Part shown: positions 40,461 to 52,790 of the stretch, piece after piece
How the letters are laid out: each line of letters begins with the position of its first letter
Position numbering within the stretch: the first letter of the stretch is position 1
NCBI GenBank assembly: GCA_028023455.1
Contig: JAQFVV010000002.1
Span: 22,320,001 to 22,384,000 of the forward strand
DNA: 64,000 nucleotides
From: Epiperipatus broadwayi
Lineage: Eukaryota > Animalia > Onychophora
Direction of reading: 5' to 3'
Translations under genes and position numbers: made by a program
Notes under the pieces: model-generated
Databases searched by the model: none
The model's input: the letters and a program-made list of their open reading frames with translations, nothing else
Told to the model about the DNA's origin: nothing

Positions 40461-41604
40461 CAAGTATATTAATTGTACTTGAATTTAAATATTCAATTAT
40501 TTATTTATTTTAGAAGAAATAGAAAGTAAAAAAAATAGTTATAAACATCTTTATTATATTGTCCAGACTTTTTTTATTTTTCACCTAATTGAGATTTTAT
40601 TTAAAAACATCTTATGGACAGGATTTTTTTTTTTTTTATCTGTAAGGAATGATCTTTTTTTATAAAATTGTCATCAGTTATAAAATTAGTAAATATGATG
40701 AAAATTGAGACTTCATTGAACCAATAAGAAGTAGCTGCATTCACATATCAAGTTCTGTTATTTTTATTTATAAAATAATAATGTCTCTAGATCTGGAATT
40801 CATCTCTAGCTAAAACTTAGAAATTGTTTTGGATAGCTGAAGATTTTTAAAAAAGTTTAATTATTTTTTTTGCAGACATCTAACTTTTAGCCATTCAATT
40901 ATTTGTTGGTAAATGGGTGTTCATTATTAGTTAGAAATAGAAAAAGGAGAAAAGAAATGCAAAACTTCCATTGAGTGATCATTTGAATACTGTTTTTTTC
41001 TTTATTATTCCTTTATGAAATTGCCTTTTCCTTGCTAGCCACTCTTCATTTGCATGGGGTTTTGCTGCTGATGACTATGTTACCGTTATTCTTTATTTTC
41101 CATAGAAATATTTGTGTTTGTAATTTTCTCTATATATTGTGTTAAACTTGTATTTGTTATTTTATTCTACTGTTATTATTATCTTTATGATTAATTATTT
41201 TTATTTTATGTTTTGAAGGGTTTGACGTTAATGGAGTTCTGTCATCACTGAGGTAGAATGAGGAGACATGAAAACAAGATTGTGTTTTTAATTTGTTTAA
41301 AAGTAGTGATGACTTTAGGACAAAGTGGTAAGAAAATAGTACTTTACACAGTACTTTGTGTTGTTTAACATTTCTGCATGATTTTTTTTTTCTTTCCTTG
41401 TTTATTTTAATGAAAAATTCAATTTTTGTAATATAAAATATATTTTTGCAAAAAATGTTTTTTTATTTTTATTTTTGCTCTTATGTATCTTTATTTATAA
41501 TTTATAATTATTTTCAATTCATTAAACTTTTGCTTTTCAGTTTAAGTAAAAATTTAAAAAAAAAAAGGATTTGCATGCCTGCTTAAAAATTAAAGGAAAT
41601 TGAG

Positions 41605-41650
41605 AAAGCTCTGATGAAGACTGCTGGACAGTCGAAACTGTCAGGAAAAA
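41605..41650 (+). ncRNA. Isolated minimal type I hammerhead motif (PLE-type)
   Basis: CTGATGA a GACTG-ctgga-CAGTC GAAA C T G TC ag. Core and 5-bp stem II are perfect, stem I has only ~2 bp. Confidence 0.6.
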
Positions 41651-42899
41651 AAAAAATTGCATTTAAAGTGTATATGAGAGGAGTTATTATAAGCAATATT
41701 ATGTCAATATTATTATGTAAAAACTTTTATTCTATTAGACTTTCATCTGTCTTATTTTATACCTAAATATTTTTGATAGGTTAATATTTAAAATAATTAA
41801 ATGCAAGGACTTGCCTTAACAGATGGTTATTTTTATATAGTTTACACATTTTTGTTTATTTGCAGATCAAGTATTAAACTCTGTTAAAATAATATTTACT
41901 TTACAATGAGTCATCATGTAACTATCATTTGCTTAATATCAGTTATATAACTTCATTTTTTTAAAGAATTACTTAATTAATAATCAGTAGACTTTTACCG
42001 TGATTTAGAAGTGTGATGAATCAACCTTTTTTCCCCAAATTTTATGATGGAATGAATTTTTGTTTTTGACGTTAAAGAATTATAGATCTCTAGTCAAAGT
42101 TTCCTTCATGTTTTTCTTGAATATTCTATATGTCTTTTCTTTTGTAATGACCGTTATTGAATTTTTTTTTTTTTTATAGATTATTTTTAGCTGACTTTTT
42201 GTTTGTTTGTTTGTTTATTTGCTTCAGTAATCATTTTAGCATTCCAGTTGTCCCTTTTTCTTTCTGAATGTCCAACTTTCTGAACCATATAGAAATGCTA
42301 ATTTCACAGTTATTGTAAATAGTTTTTGTTTTATTTTACTTCGGTTATTTATCTATATTTTGTGATTTCTTCTTTCTTTATATTTTTAATAATTTCAAAT
42401 TATCCTTTTGAAAATATAATCGACCATAGTTACATGGGTTCAAAGTGACATGTTTGAATTTTGTATCAAAGATATCAAATTGAATAATATGAGTAAATGA
42501 TTATAAATGGATGCTATATAACATGATTTTCTACTGAAGAAGTCCAGTAATGCAAAGGCTTAAGATAGAAATTATTTGCATTGCGTGTAATGTTAATTGT
42601 TTAATTATGCATACATTGGCTTGACTCAAGAATAGGGAAAGAAAAATCTAGTGCTGTTCAATGTTACTTGACATGCCAATTCCAAGTATTTAAAACATTG
42701 AGTTTATAAAATTTTCCACATTTCATAGGTTGATAGAGAATGGTAAAATTGTTCAAACTATTTTCTCCTGATTCATTTTTAATTCATTATTATTTTATTT
42801 CTTTTTTCATAATTTTAAATTGATTTTCAAAGAAATTTAGACCCAAGTTATCAAATATAATTATTATTATCATCATTTTCAACTGTTTTGATTCATTCA

Positions 42900-44800
42900 A
42901 GGATGAAGTTAACTCAGTTTCTGTGATCTCTAGCCTTTCCACATCAAGTTTCAGATTTCAGCTGCTCTTTCTTTATTATCTCCTATAAATATGTCCAGCC
43001 CAGCTTCAATCTAATAATTCTTCCATTGTTGTCAGCAATACCTGTTTTCTCTTTCACCCATTTATTTCATTTTTGATCTCTTATTATTATTCCTAAAATA
43101 TATCTCTATATTTTTTTGTTGAATGGTCTGAAGTCTATGTATTTCTCTTCTGTTAAATGTCCAAATCTCAGTACTATAAAAAAGATTTGCTAAAACACAT
43201 CTCTAAAACCCTTTTTAAACACATAGCCATATTTCCTTTTAATATTGTTTTTTCTATCTAGAACATGCCATCTAAGTTTAATTTTTATAATTAATTTTGA
43301 TCATTAATTTTCTGTTGGTATCAATAATCTGACCTAAGTATCTGTAGTTCTTAACTTCTACTAATTCATCATTATCAATCTTTATTAACTGGAGTCTAGA
43401 TGTAATACAGGATATTTGAACACAAACTTCCATCATCAAATTTTCAATGATATAGATGGCTGAAGAGTTGGCAGGTGGAGTAGATTGAAACCTGTCCATT
43501 AAAGTGTGAAGATTTTCTATCTTAAAATAAACTGAGCACTGATTATATGTGTGTAGGAGATGATGATCTGAACTAATTGATGAGTGCTAATTCAGCATGA
43601 AATATATATATTGGAGATCATTTATCTCTTTCACCTGTGTGTGATCATGTGTATTGATTGTATCGGATAGAGTAGATGGCTGAAGGGAGCTTGAAAGTCT
43701 GTGTTCAAATCTCATATTTTCTATATTTTTGAGAAAATTGATTGAACATAAATTTAATCTTTTTATAGCATTTCTCTTTAATACTTGCTAATTCACAATT
43801 ATATTTTCTTATATCATTATTAACTCTTTTTCATAACTTTTTACAAAACTAGATATTCAATTTTTTTCAATTGAACATTTTAATATAGTTTCATATTCTT
43901 TCTTTTATTTAATCCAATTTTTTGTGTCAGTAGAAAATTTACTGGTAAATTATGGCTTTTTTGTCTCCAGCTATCTTTGATTCAGGTCTTAATGGTGTAG
44001 TAATTATCTTTCTGTTGAGTTCATTCAAATCTGAACCATCTTTAAAATCTGTTAATATTTTAAAACAATTTACAAGTTCTAATTTAAATTCATTGAAATG
44101 TTTCTTAAGATTAGGAATATCAATTGTGTATACTATACACATATCTTAAATCTCATTAATTGATCTTTCTATATTGAATTTATTAAGAGCATTACAATCT
44201 TGAAATACATATTTTCTATTAATCAAAATCTAAACCAATTCTGCTGTATATTTTTTTTGGATGCTTCTATGTCCATTTCCATTTAGTATTTTTTTCAAAG
44301 AAAGAATTTTACTTTTTCTGTGAACTCCCATAAGTCATTGACATCTCTCATTTTTATCACCATGATTAAATGTTTTCATAGCATTTTCATCCTTCCATTG
44401 TTTATCAATTCTAGCATTAAAATCTTACATGACAATTTTTAAAAAGTTTGGTTTGATGAAAAGCATCTTCCACATCCATAAAAATTCTTTACTTTATCGT
44501 TGCAGTGAGAATTTGTTGGACCATAAATCTTGAATTATTTGTATGTGATATCTTCCATTAAGTTGAATAACTAATCTTGCCACTCACCATATTGTTGGAT
44601 TTTTATTTATAATAAATCCCAATATATCTGTGCTTCCAATATTTTTGCCTTTATATTAAAGTACATTGTCCAAACTTCACAAAATCCAACCCAAAATCCC
44701 ATTTAATATTAAATAATTCTTCATCCATATGATGCAATCTTCATTCACTTGAAAATGATTGGCAATGGTAAATACCTAAATAAAAATTATCTTTAAATGG
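42900..44800 (-). mobile_element. Internally deleted RTE LINE (APE endonuclease part at ~43930-44800; post-RT part at ~42900-43385), interrupted by a family A copy
   Basis: Minus-strand translations, read across frameshifts: ...YGPTNSHCNDKVKEF... (APE IIQVYAPT-like); KWKWT*KHP; IDNDELVEVKNYRYLGQ; YSTEIWT...LQTIQQ; WAGHI. Confidence 0.75.
43388..43712 (+). mobile_element. Family A copy with short inverted 5' arm; HHR at 43563-43621 (C3 mutated)
   Basis: ATGATCT-gaa-CTAA TTGATGA GTGCT-aattc-AGCAT GAAA TATATA TA TTGG-AGATCAT. 43388-43435 mirrors the family's 3' end. Confidence 0.8.
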
Positions 44801-44826
44801 CTGTCTGGGTCTGTATTCAGGGAATT

Positions 44827-45001
44827 AAACCACTAAATATCACATGATCACCATTTCTTATGCTTGCTCATAATTGCTATTAAAACAGGCAAAACTCTCC
44901 ATACAGTAGTGCCATTCAATGCAAGCCTTCTGGCATCCATTGATTACTCTGGCTTGCACTGAGGGGGACTACTATATGGAAAGTTCTGCCTGTTTTACTT
45001 T
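44827..45001. mobile_element. Family B fold-back copy (no HHR)
   Basis: Two opposed family B arms with an 8-bp TSD AGGGAATT. Confidence 0.8.
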
Positions 45002-45780
45002 AGGGAATTTTTAGCAATTTTATGCCTATTGGAAATAAGGGCTATAATTTAATTTTGTTTAACATTCTTGTAAATATCTATTTAAAAAAACTTAATTCAC
45101 ACATACATTTGTTCTGCTTTTAAGAAACCAGCTGATATTTCAGTCAAAAACTATTAGACAAATGAGAAAAAACCCATGGTGTTTCTTGACTTAAATTCAA
45201 TAAACTCATCATGCTGGCTAATGGGTGTCATAATAGACATTAGCAATTTATTCTACTCAGTTTTTTTAAGGCCTTCAAAAGGAACAAAGGGTTTCTTTTA
45301 GCAAACTTCTTTCTGCACCACTTGAAATAATATTGAAATTAAAATAAAAAATAATAATAGTTCATAAAATAACAGACATGAATTTTTTGAGACTATAAAG
45401 AGTAACACTTTTACCATATTTAAGAATTATTTATAATATTGAAATTGCAATAATCTATTGTCATTTTATTTTCAACTTTTAATGGTTTATAAATTCAGTA
45501 TATAATAGTGAAATCATCTATCACTGTTTTCAGAGATAAATTGCTTAATAATTTTGCTAAATGAGATGCAAAATTAAATTGGTGATAAATAAATTTAATG
45601 ATTGTTATAAGGAATAATGAATTCCTTCAAAATGTATACCACAATGCTATTTCTGTACATAGAAAATAAAAAAAGCTATAAATGCATAATGGAAACAACA
45701 GTCTAAAAACTCATGAAATAAAACATGAAGTGTTATATAATAACTAAATTTTGAACTACAAGTTCTGACAATACAAGGTG

Positions 45781-46069
45781 TTAAACCACTAAACATCACA
45801 TAATCACCATTTCTTAACAGGCAAAACTGTCCATACAGTTTAGTACAAGCCACAGTAATCAATGGATGCCAGAAGGCTTGTGTATAAAATCCCTATATAG
45901 TGCCTACTCATCCAATATCCCCAGACTAGTTTCTAGCTTGTGGCTTTCGTTAGTCACTGACGAAAGGTAAAGCACTAGATAGGGATTTTATACACAAGCC
46001 TTCTGATATCCATTGATTACTCTGGCTTTCACAAGTGGCACTACTGTATGGAGAGTTTTGCCTGTTTTA
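45781..46069. mobile_element. Family B fold-back copy with degenerate HHR at the centre
   Basis: 13-bp TSD ACAATACAAGGTG. Centre CTTTCGTTAGTCACTGACGAAAG joins two opposed HHR 5' halves. Confidence 0.85.
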
Positions 46070-47557
46070 ACAATACAAGGTGCACAGGAAATGAAACTAT
46101 TTTATTAGTTGTGCCATATTATTAGTGCTATGCTCCTTAAACATCGTTAAACATTATATTGGTTTAGTTTACATCTCAGAAGTTAGCTCATGTATAGATA
46201 TTTCACTATTTGCTTTCTAATTTTTTTTTATTAATTAGTTCTTTAGCTATTTAACTGATTTTGAATATAATTATAAATATGCATAAGTGAAGTATTTATG
46301 TGAATCTTTCCACTATTATAGTTTGTTTTTATTTTATTTTTGATATTTATTATTGTGTTATGTTTAATATGAATTTTGAAGTCTTATTTTTATTTCAGTT
46401 GCATGATTAGATTATTTTAATAATGGTTGAACCTAATTTTTTATTTGGCATTTATGGTATATTTACAGAGTTATTTTAAAATATTAAGATGATTTCACAG
46501 TCATCTTGTGTAGACTAGATCAACATGAGATTAGCATTACGTTTTACTAAAAGTTGTAATAATTACATTATTAGTAATTTAGTTTTGCAAAGCAGCACTT
46601 AGAAACTCAGTAATCTATCTATGCAATATCATCTAAAATGATTTATGGATTTTTCTTCTTTACTGAATGTGGATATTGACAAAATGTTTAATCTTTTATA
46701 GTATGGCAGCCATTACACTTCCATCAAAAAGTGCATTTGTATTTGAGTAGTCTTACCACAGAATAGGACAATCAGAATGTATGCTTTTACCATAGTATCA
46801 GATATGAAGTTGTGATAATTAGTTATTCAATGATAGAATTGGAGCATGGTGATGTCATCAATGCATGAAACCTATATTAAAAACCTGAGTTTGCCTTTTT
46901 TTTCTGTCCAGCTTGCATGAAAGTAAGTGTACACATTATTATAAATTAATTGCCATCAAATTGATACTGATTCCTGGCTAGCATATGAATAACCTTATTA
47001 GTCACAACATGGGTATAAAAGAATAATTTATGATTATTTTCTTTTGCACTTTTAAAAATGGCATTTATCTGTGGACACTCTGGTGATGTCTATAAATAGT
47101 GATGTCATCTCAGTTGCTACCACCCTCAAAACTGTTCTTACTTCCGAAGCAATAAACTATTTGCTTATTTATTTATTACTATGATTAACTATCATAATAA
47201 CAATCTAAATTGCTGCTAACAAGAATAAATATTTATAATGAAAAATATCTAAAAATCATAAACAATGGGAAATCTGCAATTTCAAAATGAAAGTAAGGTA
47301 ATAAAGATGAAGATAACATTTAGACTCTCCTTACGAAGATTGTTAGAGATGAAAAGTGAAATTCTGCATAAATTTCAGCATGAGAAGTATAATCAATAGG
47401 TGATGATTATATCTATCTATGGCACATTGTTTAAAATATTTATAAAAAAAATTAAATATTTTATAGTAACTCTTCACATAGACACATTCATATAAATATA
47501 CAAATGTCTTTTATATTTTAATTATATTTCATTACCAGGTTTTTTTTTCTATTTAAG

Positions 47558-47629
47558 ATAATCATCCTCCATATTTTGATAGGAAGCATAGTATGGATTT
47601 TGCTTCATTTATGGAAGACACGCCTTTAG
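47558..47629 (+). CDS. Cadherin exon (start of extracellular cadherin repeat; phase 1 to phase 1)
   Basis: Acceptor TTTTTTTTCTATTTAAG, donor G|GTTTGC. Translates xNHPPYFDRKHSMDFASFMEDTPL(D), matching the NxxPxF...EDTP motif of the cadherin EC1. Phase matches the 58001 exon. Confidence 0.82.
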   Translation: MIILHILIGSIVWILLHLWKTRL

Positions 47630-47708
47630 GTTTGCATCTTTTTTTTTTAATGTTTTATAATTAATAATTTGTTAAGCACATACTTATTACATAAGTAATA
47701 TATATTAA

Positions 47709-47898
47709 GGCTACAACCTTAAGACTGTGCACCTAGATGCGACAGTAGGGATCTTTACAAACCGTAACAGAAGATTAATGACTTTAAAAGACAAGAGCGG
47801 CTCTTGTGGCTCTTGTCTTTTAAACTCATTAATCTTGTGTTGAGATTTGTAGAGGTCCCTACTATCATATCTAGGTGCATAGTCTTAAGGTTGTAGCC
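47709..47898. mobile_element. 190-bp fold-back MITE, Kolobok-like termini
   Basis: TIR GGCTACAACCTTAAGACT.TGCACCTAGAT, near-palindromic throughout. TTAA on both sides and GG...CC ends fit the Kolobok signature. Confidence 0.75.
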
Positions 47899-48814
47899 TT
47901 AACTTAATGTTTTATATAAATATTTATTGATTTATGAAAGTAAAATTTGTTTCGTATTTTAGATTTAATATTTTCTTTTTACAAATTTCTAAATCAGGAT
48001 TTGGCATAGTTTTATGGACTACAAACTACTACTTTCCTCCAAGTGTCATGGCTACCATATATTTTTTTTTTTGCAGAGTAGTAATAATAGTTACATCTTA
48101 TAATCAATAATATATTAATTATCAAAAAACAACAAAAAATCAATATCAAATATAAATTTAATGTGAAATCATAAAATTTTACTAACTTAAGGAACTTTGC
48201 ACTGCACACTTTCCACTAATCTTGAATATCTTGATTTTAGTTATTAACCATTAATTTTGGACAGGAATCAAAGTTGTCATTTGAGAAACAGTAATATTAT
48301 TTGGATCGAATTATATTTATCAAACACAGACTCATGTAGGTAAGTAGAGCTAAAAAATGTTTTATACTAAATGCCATTTTTTCAATTAGGAAACTTTTCC
48401 TTCAGCCATTAGGATCCAAAAATGATTGTCAGAATCTGAATGGTGAAGTTTTAAATTTATGTTGTTTTGAGAAAAAATATTATTTCGTACCATAAGAAAA
48501 AAGTATTATTCATTTTTTTTAATCACATCTTTCATATCAGTAATACCTAACAGGTAAAACAGAAATGTGCTAATTCATTGTAGTCTAATAAATTCTTAAA
48601 AATCTCAAATTTGGAATAAAGCATTATTATTTATTTGTCTGAAATATTTTTGAAGTCTTTCAGTTCATTCGTCATCAAATAGAAGATATCAGTTTTAATC
48701 TGTTTTAGGTATTGTTTCATTTCTTTCTTGCAACTGTAAATTCAATTCGTTAATTATATCCATTACAGAAATTAACTCCATCAACCAAATGTTATTTAGT
48801 TCAATACTGCCGAG

Positions 48815-49050
48815 ATCGTGTGCTCTGAGAGAAATGATGCCAAGCGCAAAGTAAAAGAAGCATTGTTCATTGCGAATGATCCTAATGCCATCAACAGAAG
48901 AGAAGCCTGCTTCTCGATTTCTAAAAAATGGGCTGGTTAAATCATTTACATACATTTGCATAATTTATGGCTAATAAAAAACCATTAGTAGCACAAGCTA
49001 TGAATATGGGATCAAGTAAGTTCCGAAAGCACTAAGCTTGAAATTTTTTC
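48815..49050 (+). mobile_element. Penelope-like element 3' end (GIY-YIG tail) with variant HHR at 48994-49040
   Basis: VLCSERNDAKRKVKEALFIANDPNAINRREACFSISKKW is homologous to the 53.4 kb PLE tail. Followed by CAAGCT ATGAATA t GGGAT-caagtaa-GTTCC GAAA GCAC TA AGCTTG. Confidence 0.8.
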
Positions 49051-49619
49051 AAAATATATCGCTTCACTGATGTGCGTTTAGAGCGCAGCATAAAAATAAC
49101 CTCTTATAGTAGATCTCTGAATGTTTGTAAAAATATTTCCAAATCTAATTAGGACTGATATAAGGAATGCCACATATTCAGAGTCATTTTCTTCTAGTTG
49201 AGATTTTCTCTGAAGATTTTTTTCTCAATGAGAATTTACAATTGTTATACAGATTTCCATAATAGGTTGTTGATAAATAATGAAATAATATAAAATAAAG
49301 TCTGGAAAATTATCATCTTTCGTTCACATAGTCAAAAATTCATTGATTTGTTGGTCACCAACAGTTCTCATCGTCATTGATGCAATTTTATAAATCTGGG
49401 ATATATATATATATTTGGAGGCTCAGTGAGTATCTTAATATCGTATTTTTTAGTGATAACAAGTGTGATATTCAGCAGGTACGCACAGGTATGACCGTAC
49501 CTGTTCTCAAAAGTTTTTTGTATTTGTTATTAAAACAAACTCCACAGAATAATAAATTGATTATATAAGTTTTACTTTTATATTTAATTACATTTTAATA
49601 TGTTATAATTTAGTTATTA

Positions 49620-50030
49620 TATAGGTTTGGTTGTGGTGTGTTTTTTTTTTTTTTTCTTTTAAAAAAAATTAAAAATATTTTAAAAAATAAACCAAAAAAA
49701 AACTTGTTAGCCTTTTTTTTTTACTTTCCCCACTTAAATTTACCCAAAATTTTCTCTATCCCTTTTCCAAAAAAAAATTTTTTTAAAATTTATAACCTTT
49801 ATATCTAAATCCCCCTTATCTTTTCCCAAACCTAGCATAAAAACCAATAATTCACTTTCTGTATAATCACTCTTTTCATATTTATTTTTCCACAACTTCA
49901 TTATATGTACCCTTTCTGTTTTCAAACATTTACATTCAATTAACAAATGCCTAATATTTTCAATTCCTTCCTTACATAATTTACAAAATAAATCACCCAT
50001 ATTTTTCCATTTACATGTATATTCTTTTGT
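49620..50030 (-). mobile_element. L1/Tx1-like LINE ORF2 C-terminal fragment
   Basis: ORF 49740-50000 LFCKLCKEGIENIRHLLIECKC (CxxC...E...HLLxxC zinc knuckle), then an A-rich tail on the minus strand. Confidence 0.7.
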
Positions 50031-50787
50031 GATGTGATGTGATGTATTATGGCTTCTCCTTAAACTAAGTCAAGAATATCTCAGCAATTAAGCCCAGATA
50101 AACCTGTTAGCCACTTTCTTTTACATTCCCCACTCTAAATTTACCCATAATCTGTCAGTTTCGACCGTGCTGCCATCTGGGATGTGTCAATCTTTCAATA
50201 AAACTGAAACTAATATTAATATAGTAAATATTATCTGTTTACCTCCTACCTTCTTTTTTTTTAGCGTACCTGTTGTTAAACACTTTGAATATCAGTCCTG
50301 ATTGATAATATTAATAATTTTGCTTTCACGCTCATACTCTTAAAAATTATTCTACCTTGTGTGGTTTTGTGCATTAGATCTCACATTGATTTCAGTTCTG
50401 TTGCTTTCAATAGCTGAGAAATATCAATTATATCAGTGGATTCATCAAACCATAAGGAAAAAACAAATATAGTTACTGATATTTTCCATATGTTATTCAA
50501 CCAAATCAAAATTCATATTTTTCATGTAATATATGACAGTATGACAATTTACTTAAAAGTTGCACATTTTCAATTACAAAAATAATTTTTCATTTTTTAA
50601 ATGATCAAATAATGAATCACTGGTTTCCAAAAATGCTTTTTTAAAATCATTTTTCCATCTGCAAAAAGTTTCTTATGTTTGCTAACACACTTTCACAATA
50701 AAACGCAGTTGTTGCTAGCAGATTTATTTATGGGTTTAATAAAATACAATTGTTGGCTGATTATTTGTGACTTGCATTCATTTAATC

Positions 50788-50973
50788 CAGCAGTTCTCAA
50801 TCTGTGGGTCGTGACCTCTTTGAGGATCAAACAACCCCTTTTATGGGGGTCACCTAAGACCATTGGAAAACACATTTTATTCATAACAGTAGCAAAATTA
50901 AAGGTTGGGGGTCACCACAACATAAGGGACTGAATAAAAAAAACCTTGGCATTAGGAAAGTTGAGAGCCACTG
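50788..50973. mobile_element. hAT MITE closely resembling SPIN/URR1 non-autonomous elements
   Basis: TIR CAG(C/T)(A/G)G(T/C)TCTCAA and perfect 8-bp TSD ATTTAATC. Internal TGTGGGTCGTGACC...GGGGTCACCTAAGACCATTGGAAAACAC...ATTCATAACAGTAGCAAAATT...GGTTGGGGGTCACCACAACAT...GCATTAGGAA matches the URR1/SPIN consensus as recalled. Confidence 0.85.
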
Positions 50974-51254
50974 ATTTAATCTTTGGTTTGCATAATTTAC
51001 TTATTCATAAATAATCTATATCAAAACTCCATGCATGTTTTTAAAATGACTTTCAATGTTACCTTTTTTTTTTTACAAGTTATATGCTTGATCAGCATAC
51101 ATAAATACACACATTTTGATTTTGCCATTATGAAGTAAATGTATTTTGTCCATTCTTTATTAAAATTGTATATATTTTCTTTTTTAATATATTTGTTCCA
51201 GACATTATTCTCTCTTTTAAAATACGATCAATTAGTACTTTTACTACAATAAAA

Positions 51255-52790
51255 TGTAAAGCTTAGTATTATTAAAAAAAGAATTATACGGCTTAGTGTT
51301 TTTGGAGAACTTAGGTCTACATATTCATAGCCTATCTTGGGAGTGTTATCTTACATTGATATTTTACATGAGGCATTGGCAATAATGTATGCAAAATTTA
51401 TTCAAAGTTTTTTTTTCATATAGACCATTTTCTGGAGATTGCAAAGCATGATTCTTTTCGGTTTATTGCATAGTTGTCATTTGCAATAAAGCACACCTCC
51501 TTTATTTTTCGTTTTGTATCATTACACTCTGTGCACAGTGCCCTTGCCAAAATGGGTTCAAACACTTGACCTGTTGCTCTTTGGTGCTCAAAGAATATGT
51601 TTTTTTTTTTTAATATTGCTTAGAGCTCTCTTGTATAAATAGTGATGTTGGCACGGGTTTCTCCATAATATGCTCCTCTACATCCATTGGTTGGGGATGA
51701 AATTTTGTAAACTGCTTGGGCTATTTGATCAGAAGGTATTTTGTCTTTGGTATTGTTTATCAGTCTGTTTGTTGAAGGTAGTGTGTGAAAACCTAATTCA
51801 AAGGACTCATCAAATATTTTATAATATTTCCTAGCAAGTGATGGTATGTAAGGTAGCAGCATTCTTGGTTTATTGTTTCTAACCATGTCACTTTGTAGCT
51901 TAGTTTGAAATTGCCTAATCTTTTTGTAGATAATGTTGTGTGAAAATCCAACATTTTCCAGTTCTTTAATATAGTTTGTGAGGTTCTTTTTGCGGTCACT
52001 TCAAATTTACATAGTTTATGATGCGAGTCCAGCCAATTTATATGAGTTGGGTAAGTTCTAGTTTGAATGTGTAAATCCTCGATTTTCCAATGGCTTGACT
52101 ATCATGGCATAGGTAAGTTCGTAGAGTCTCTATGAACTTGAATATCCAGGTATTTAACATTGTGCTGGAGGTTCTCTGCTATGCAGTTAATTGTTAAGGA
52201 AGTTTGTGTTTGCAGCTTTTTCTGGATATCCATTATTATTTGTTCTGGTGCCATTAAGAATACATCGTCGACATAGCCAGTATATATTTTGTCTGGTTCA
52301 ATTACATAATACTTAGTCAGTATTTGCCTTTCAAAATAATTGAGAAAAATATTAGCTGTGATTCCCACTTATTGGGAAGCCCATTAGCCGTTTGTCATTC
52401 ATTCTATACCATTAAATGTGCCACAATATTCTGGCCCATCCATTTCAAAAATTCCACTATGAAGCTCAGCTGCGTTTATGGACTATTATTTGTTAGTTCA
52501 GCTACAATAATGTCAATCGAGCTTTTGCGGTTAATTGAGCCATATAGCTATGTTACATCCAGTGATGCAATACTAAATTCAGGTTTGATTTTGGCCTGTT
52601 TAATTTTATTAATGAATTCAAAAGATGATTTAGTAGAATGTATGCCAAAACCTATTCTTTCGAGGAGCCATTGATTTATCATTTTTGCAGTATTGACATA
52701 ATGCGCCCCGCCCAAGTCTACCATCAATCTTAACAGCGCATTAGGTTTATGTAACTTAATGTTAGCGAAGATTCTTGGTGTTGTAGATGC
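51255..52790 (-). mobile_element. Penelope/Poseidon-type PLE, 5'-truncated (RT, GIY-YIG, 3' region with variant HHR at 51286-51335)
   Basis: Minus strand: TPRIFANIKLHKPNALLRLMV; SLDVT*LYGSI; GITANIFLNYFE...YVDDVF...YLDI; LPYIPSL...AVYKISSPTNGCRGAYYGET. The endonuclease is C-terminal with no zinc-finger linker. Confidence 0.92.

Larger units (their letters stand above)
48190..50760 (-). pseudogene. Heavily decayed hAT (Charlie/Buster-type) transposase, split by PLE and L1-like insertions
   Basis: Minus-strand pieces in the correct order: KHKKLFADGKMILKKAFLET; FSLWFDESTDIIDISQLL; IWLMELISVMDIINELNLQLQ; SSTYLHESVF; RLVESVQCKVP*. Confidence 0.75.

Noticed and set aside
42525-42575. Hammerhead TTTCTA CTGAAGA AGTC...GGCT taaga TAGAAA
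   Set aside because: Stems I and II are plausible but GAAA, stem III and the cleavage triplet are missing. At best a dead remnant.
52324-52674. 116-aa plus-strand ORF as a membrane protein gene
   Set aside because: It is the antisense of the Penelope RT domain.
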